From a virus (lineage: Duplodnaviria; Caudoviricetes): a DNA stretch of 42,211 nucleotides. Shown here piece after piece: positions 37,731-42,211 of this stretch (the first letter of the stretch is position 1; each line of letters begins with the position of its first letter). The stretch spans positions 1-42,211 of the IMG/VR virus record IMGVR_UViG_3300047282_000552; one strand, 5' to 3'. The notes beneath the pieces were generated by a model. It ran no database searches. It had not been told where the DNA came from and worked only from the letters and a program-made list of their open reading frames with translations. A program made the position numbers and the translations under genes.

Positions 37731-38324
37731 ATGAAATCACTTTTAATAGAAACACACTTATTTGAAGGTAAGATTAAAGAGGATGATGGTGGTAGAACCT
37801 TAGTAAAAGGTGTTCTACAAAGAGCTGGTGCCGAGAATCAAAACGGTAGAGTATATCCAAAACCTATTTTAGAAAGAGAAGCTAAAAAATATCTTCAATT
37901 TATTAAAGAGCGTAGAGCATTGGGAGAATTAGACCATCCAGATTCTACTGTAATTAACCTAAAGAATGTATCTCACAATATCAGAGAAATTTGGTGGGAA
38001 GGTGATGACTTATGTGGTACGGTAGAAATACTTAGTACACCATCTGGTAATATCTTAAAAGAATTATTAAAAGCTGGTATCTTATTGGGAATATCTTCAA
38101 GAGGTATGGGTTCTACTAGACCTTTACAAGGAAATAAAGTAGAAGTACAAGAAGATTTTGAATTGATTGGTTGGGATTTTGTTTCTAACCCATCTACACA
38201 TGGTGCGTTTATGGTCCCAATGAATGAATCCGTAAATCCACTTAAAAATATTGGTACTGATGTTTGTGGTGAATACTGCAAGGCTCAGGACTTAATGAGA
38301 GAAATTATAACTGAAATAGCATAA
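37731..38324 (+). CDS. Prohead core protease (T4 gp21-like)
   Basis: NQNGRVYP, GELDHP (catalytic His), GISSRGMGS (catalytic Ser) and DFVSNPS. Confidence 0.93.
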   Translation: MKSLLIETHLFEGKIKEDDGGRTLVKGVLQRAGAENQNGRVYPKPILEREAKKYLQFIKERRALGELDHPDSTVINLKNVSHNIREIWWEGDDLCGTVEILSTPSGNILKELLKAGILLGISSRGMGSTRPLQGNKVEVQEDFELIGWDFVSNPSTHGAFMVPMNESVNPLKNIGTDVCGEYCKAQDLMREIITEIA

Positions 38325-38325
38325 A

Positions 38326-38883
38326 ATGAGCAAGAACTTTGATTTATATAGCTATGTACACAACAACAAATTTAAGTTGAATGTGGAGCAACCTAAAGGT
38401 GCAACTAAAGTAGCTAAAGGATACAACGATATTCGTAAGACTGCAATCAACGAAGTAAAAATTGTTGATGGCAAGTTTTCTATTAAAGAAAATTTAGAAC
38501 AACCTGATAGAAAATTATCTTTAGAAGTTAAAAAACACTTCTTAGAAATTATATCTACTTACAATACTTTCCAAGACCAAATGAAACGTAATTCAGATAT
38601 GACTGAAGTTGCGGAGACATTGGGTGGTATTGTTGAAGCTGCAAAAGAATTAACATTGAGAGAAGCTGATGATTGGTTTGATGCTATGACGGTAAAAAGA
38701 AATATGAGTGAGTTAGATAAATTAGGAAAACAATTTGATAAATTTGCTACTGAAGCAAAAGCAATGGATGAAAGATTACATGCTTTATATGAAGATATGG
38801 GTCACATCCTAAATCGTTACTATGAAATCTCTGACATCCCAACCGATGTAATGAGAGAAAGACTTGCAATGAAAAAGAAATAA
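38326..38883 (+). CDS. Hypothetical head-module protein (185 aa)
   Basis: Packed directly after the protease; helical. Confidence 0.65.
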   Translation: MSKNFDLYSYVHNNKFKLNVEQPKGATKVAKGYNDIRKTAINEVKIVDGKFSIKENLEQPDRKLSLEVKKHFLEIISTYNTFQDQMKRNSDMTEVAETLGGIVEAAKELTLREADDWFDAMTVKRNMSELDKLGKQFDKFATEAKAMDERLHALYEDMGHILNRYYEISDIPTDVMRERLAMKKK

Positions 38884-38885
38884 TT

Positions 38886-39626
38886 ATGATTCGTTTAACT
38901 GATTTAGCTGGAAATGGTTCTTTCACAATGGGTGGAAAGAAATTTGAATATGGTAAAGTTTATTCTAATCCGTATGCAACGGCATTCAAACCTGTAAATG
39001 AAGGAGAGGAATCAGAAGACCACGAAGTTTCTATGGCTCAAAATCAATTAGATTCTATTATTAAATCTGCAACTGAATTAAAAAAGAAAATGGGAATGGA
39101 AGAAAAGCAAATTCCTGCTTGGATTCAAGACCACATCACTAATTCAGAAAATTATATTTCACAAGCTGCATCTAACTATCACGAATATGGTGATTCAAAT
39201 GAACAAAAAGTAAACGAAGCAGGTCCTTGTTGGAAAGGATATAAGCAAGTTGGAATGAAAATGAAAGATGGTAAAGAAGTTCCAAACTGTGTTCCAGAAG
39301 GAGTGATAAAAGAAGCAGGTGTTCCTAAGATGTATGTAAAATACGCAGCTGTTCAAAAGAAAGTTAGAGAATTAGAAGATAAGCAAAAAGCTATGGGAGC
39401 TAAATATTTTGCAGAAAAAGACCCTAAGAAAAAAGAAAAAATGATGCCAGACCTTAAAAAAGGAACGGCTCAATTAGCAGCATATAGAAGAAATTTAGCA
39501 GATATTGAAGATAAATACATAAATTCAATATGGGATGATACCAATGATTTCCAAAAGGGAGCTAAAGCTGCAGCAAGAGATATGAAAATGGGATATGGTA
39601 ATCCTTACAATCAAGATTTTGATTAA
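38886..39626 (+). CDS. Putative head-internal protein, modular
   Basis: MIRLTDL start. Modules DHEVSMA...PAWIQ and CWKGY...KEVPNCVP are separated by VNE/IKE sites. Confidence 0.65.
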   Translation: MIRLTDLAGNGSFTMGGKKFEYGKVYSNPYATAFKPVNEGEESEDHEVSMAQNQLDSIIKSATELKKKMGMEEKQIPAWIQDHITNSENYISQAASNYHEYGDSNEQKVNEAGPCWKGYKQVGMKMKDGKEVPNCVPEGVIKEAGVPKMYVKYAAVQKKVRELEDKQKAMGAKYFAEKDPKKKEKMMPDLKKGTAQLAAYRRNLADIEDKYINSIWDDTNDFQKGAKAAARDMKMGYGNPYNQDFD

Positions 39627-39650
39627 TAGAATAAAAAATATAATATAAAG

Positions 39651-39678
39651 AAAAGTTTGGTAAATCCAAACTTTTTTT
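39651..39678 (+). terminator. Rho-independent terminator overlapping a promoter
   Basis: AAAAGTTTGG-TAAAT-CCAAACTTTT hairpin with a T tail, 25 nt after the stop at 39626. Confidence 0.65.
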
Positions 39679-39687
39679 GTATATTTG
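39656..39687 (+). promoter_or_regulatory. Bacteroidota-type sigma70 promoter (-33 TTTG, -7 TATATTTG)
   Basis: Exact TTTG-N20-TAnnTTTG, with the ATG at 39691 only 3 nt downstream. Confidence 0.7.
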
Positions 39688-39690
39688 TGT

Positions 39691-41010
39691 ATGATTAAGC
39701 CTTTCTCAATTTTAGATACTCGCTCTAAAGAATGGCAAGAGCGTAAAAGATGGTGGATTAACACCTATAATATTCAATCGGAATTAGGTAGAGAAAATAC
39801 TGAAAGTAAAGCCCGTTTTTGGGAAGATAATACCGTATCTATATTTGATGCAACTCTTTGTGAAAAAATGTATGAATGGTTCTGTCCAAAAGAAGGAAGG
39901 ATATTAGACCCGTTTGCGGGTGGTAGTGTAAGAGGAATCGTAGCAAGTGAGATGGGATACATTTATAATGGTATTGACCTTTCGGAAGAACAAATTGATG
40001 CAAATAAAAAACAATCATCAAAACCAACTTGGATTACCGGTGATAGTGAATGGGTAATTGATTCAATATACGATAAAACGCAGGATTTTGTTTTTACCTG
40101 CCCACCTTATTACGATTTAGAAAAATATACTGATAATCCAGCTGACCTTTCTAATATGAAAGAAAACGAATTTGATAAAAAATACTTTTCAATTCTTAAT
40201 AAAGCGGCAAGAAAATTAAAAGATAATCGTTTCTTTGCGATAGTTGTATCAGAAGTTAGAGAACAATCTACAACTGGAAATTATAAGATTGGAAAATATA
40301 AAGGATTAGTTTGGAAAACAATTAGAGCGTGTGAAGAAGCTGGTTTACATTTCTATAACGATATGATTCTTTTTAATTCCCAACATCAAGCTTCTAGAGT
40401 TGTTGATACATACTTTGAAAGAAATCGTAAAGTGGCATCGGTACACCAAAACATATTAGTATTTGTAAAAGGTAATCCAGACCTTGCAACCGAAGTTATT
40501 AATAGTGGTGACCAGTTCGTATGTATAATTGAAGGAAAGCAGTATAGAAGTTTTAGAGAAGCTGCAATTAATATAAATCCAAATGAGTTGGTAGCAAGTG
40601 AGGTTGAGAGAAGATGCCGTTCTACAAAATCAAAATACAAAGATTGGCAAATTATTGGAGAAGAAACAAATCCAACAATTAAATATGAAATAGATGGAGT
40701 TCCTTTTGAGAATCCAAAGCAAGTGGCAGATAAATTAGGAATATCAGAATCGGATGCAAGAAATTATTTTGAATCAAACAATCCTCTTTATCGTCATTGG
40801 AAAAAAGTAAATCGTAATGATATTAGTTATGATGATATGTTTGATGAACAAACTCATTCAAAGATAGAATTAGAACTTCCAATTATTGAATGTGAAGGAT
40901 TACAATTTTATTCTCTAAAAGAGGCAGGAGAACATTTTGGATGTTCGGATGAAAGAATTCGTCAGAAATTAAAAGATGATAAATATTCTAATTATATCTA
41001 CCTTTACTAA
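39691..41010 (+). CDS. Amino (N6A/N4C)-type DNA methyltransferase-like protein with three C-terminal NUMOD1-like HTH repeats
   Basis: SAM-binding ILDPFAGG precedes catalytic-type TCPPY. Repeats: IEGKQYRSFREAA, IDGVPFENPKQVA and CEGLQFYSLKEAG. Confidence 0.75.
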   Translation: MIKPFSILDTRSKEWQERKRWWINTYNIQSELGRENTESKARFWEDNTVSIFDATLCEKMYEWFCPKEGRILDPFAGGSVRGIVASEMGYIYNGIDLSEEQIDANKKQSSKPTWITGDSEWVIDSIYDKTQDFVFTCPPYYDLEKYTDNPADLSNMKENEFDKKYFSILNKAARKLKDNRFFAIVVSEVREQSTTGNYKIGKYKGLVWKTIRACEEAGLHFYNDMILFNSQHQASRVVDTYFERNRKVASVHQNILVFVKGNPDLATEVINSGDQFVCIIEGKQYRSFREAAININPNELVASEVERRCRSTKSKYKDWQIIGEETNPTIKYEIDGVPFENPKQVADKLGISESDARNYFESNNPLYRHWKKVNRNDISYDDMFDEQTHSKIELELPIIECEGLQFYSLKEAGEHFGCSDERIRQKLKDDKYSNYIYLY

Positions 41011-41048
41011 ATAATTCTTTAGAAAATTACGTTTTCATTAATTTTTAT

Positions 41049-41201
41049 ATATTTATTCTTACAATAACACATTTTTATATGTGTTTTTTATTGGTAGTGA
41101 ATACTCACGATTCTGATGTGTAGTGACCAAATGCCAATCTAAAAATTCTATTTAAGCTCAATATTCTAATAGCTTAAGAAATCCTAACAAATAAGGAAAA
41201 A
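41049..41201 (+). promoter_or_regulatory. Late-promoter-like motif plus a long structured 5' leader
   Basis: ATATTTAT at 41049, then hairpins AACACAT/ATGTGTT, GTGA/TCAC, TTGGTA/TGCCAA and TTAAGCT/AGCTTAA before AAGGA and the ATG. Confidence 0.5.
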
Positions 41202-42209
41202 ATGGCAAGTTCAAAATTGTTGAAAGAAGCAATTGCTGATGCTAAAGCTGTACGTGAAACTGCTATTGCTAACGCTAAAATCGCTCTTGAAGAAGCATTT
41301 ACTCCAAGATTACAATCTATCCTTTCTAAAAAGCTTCAAGCTGAAATTGAAAGTGAAGAAGAAGAATCTCCAGAAGTGAATGAAGATAATCAAGTATCTA
41401 CCGAAATTGGCACAGGTGATAACAAAGAACCAGCAGACAAAGCTAACACAGCACAAACTGACTTGAGTGGTATTTCTAAGCAATCTGGTGAACCAGGTTC
41501 TGAAGTAGAAGACTACGATAAAGTTAAAGACCTTACCGAAGCTGAAGATGATGAAGAAAAAGTTGAAGAATCATCTGAAGTAGTTGAAGGTGAAGACGCT
41601 CCTGAATTTGATTATGATGATGAAGAATCTGATGACGATGATGACGAATTAGATTTAGAAGCTATCATTAAAGAATTGGAAGCGCAAATCGCTGAAGAAG
41701 ATGGTGAATCACATGATGGCGAAGAGCATCATGAAGAACCAGTAGCAGCAGAAGGTGAAGAAGCACCGGTTGAAGAACCAGTAGCTGCTGAACCTGCAGT
41801 TGAAGCTGAAGAAGTTCCAACTGAAGAACCAGCTCACGATGAAGAAGAAATCGATTTAGATGAAATCTTACGTGAAATGGGATATGGTGATGACGAAGAA
41901 AAAGTTGAAGAAGCTGAAGAACCAAAGCATGATGAAGAAAAAGAAAAACTTCACAATGAATTGAAAGAAGCTTATGATACTATCAAATCTTTGAAATCAA
42001 CTATCAATGAAGTAAATTTGTTAAATGCAAAATTACTTTACGCAAACAAATTGTTCCGTTCTTATAACTTAACTAACGAACAGAAAGTTAAAGTTGTTGA
42101 GAATTTGGACAGAACAACTTCTGTAAGAGAAGTTAAATTGGTTTACGCAACTTTAGCAGAAAGCATGAAATTTACTGGTACTGAAAGAAAAGTAGCAGCT
42201 AAGAAGACA
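41202..42209 (+). CDS. Prohead scaffold/core protein, 3'-truncated, not in the ORF track
   Basis: Manual translation: MASSKLLKEAIADAKAVRETAIANAKIALEEAFTPRLQSILSKKL..., then a very acidic middle and LKSTINEVNLLNAKLLYANKLF. The frame is open to the window end, at the scaffold position after the protease. Confidence 0.75.
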   Translation, partial: MASSKLLKEAIADAKAVRETAIANAKIALEEAFTPRLQSILSKKLQAEIESEEEESPEVNEDNQVSTEIGTGDNKEPADKANTAQTDLSGISKQSGEPGSEVEDYDKVKDLTEAEDDEEKVEESSEVVEGEDAPEFDYDDEESDDDDDELDLEAIIKELEAQIAEEDGESHDGEEHHEEPVAAEGEEAPVEEPVAAEPAVEAEEVPTEEPAHDEEEIDLDEILREMGYGDDEEKVEEAEEPKHDEEKEKLHNELKEAYDTIKSLKSTINEVNLLNAKLLYANKLFRSYNLTNEQKVKVVENLDRTTSVREVKLVYATLAESMKFTGTERKVAAKKT

Positions 42210-42211
42210 AT

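Noticed and set aside
41011-41201. tRNA gene
   Set aside because: No cloverleaf, TTC T-loop or acceptor stem found; kept only as a possible structured leader
41668-41925. 85-aa minus-strand ORF, and the other short minus-strand ORFs in the track
   Set aside because: They lie antisense to well-supported + strand genes and lack recognisable motifs. The only minus-strand gene I accept is 11005..11181.
1-42211. Stop-codon reassignment
   Set aside because: Genes are intact and densely packed under the standard code, and TAG terminates at least two genes at sensible positions

Overview
This AT-rich window is part of the virion morphogenesis region of a large T4-like tailed phage. The host is probably Bacteroidota, judged from three TTTG-N20-TATATTT(G/A) promoters. 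Nearly all genes are on the + strand. The order is: baseplate/tail genes; a small DNA-metabolism island (GIY-YIG protein, primase, single-chain Mre11-Rad50); a 2481-aa tail fibre-like protein and its chaperone; an ~8 kb protein-glycosylation cluster; a 1138-aa multidomain head-cargo protein; terminase large subunit, portal, several head/internal proteins, prohead protease and a DNA methyltransferase; and the truncated start of an acidic scaffold protein. The best candidate for a new system is the 19.2-27.3 kb cluster. It encodes a mucin-like Thr-rich protein, a plant SGT1/HPAT-like O-glycosyltransferase fused to radical SAM/SPASM, a GT4-methyltransferase-GT25-like triple fusion, an Aah/TibC-type protein O-heptosyltransferase, and an HldC-like nucleotidyltransferase. 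Tail proteins are visibly rich in [S/T]-x-S motifs that could be the acceptor sites. Features missing from the ORF track include a 58-aa minus-strand ribbon-helix-helix gene with a phased repeat operator, a 12-copy intergenic ATA(T/C)TTAT late-promoter-like motif, and a structured leader before the scaffold gene. All family assignments come from motif recognition by eye; no searches were run.
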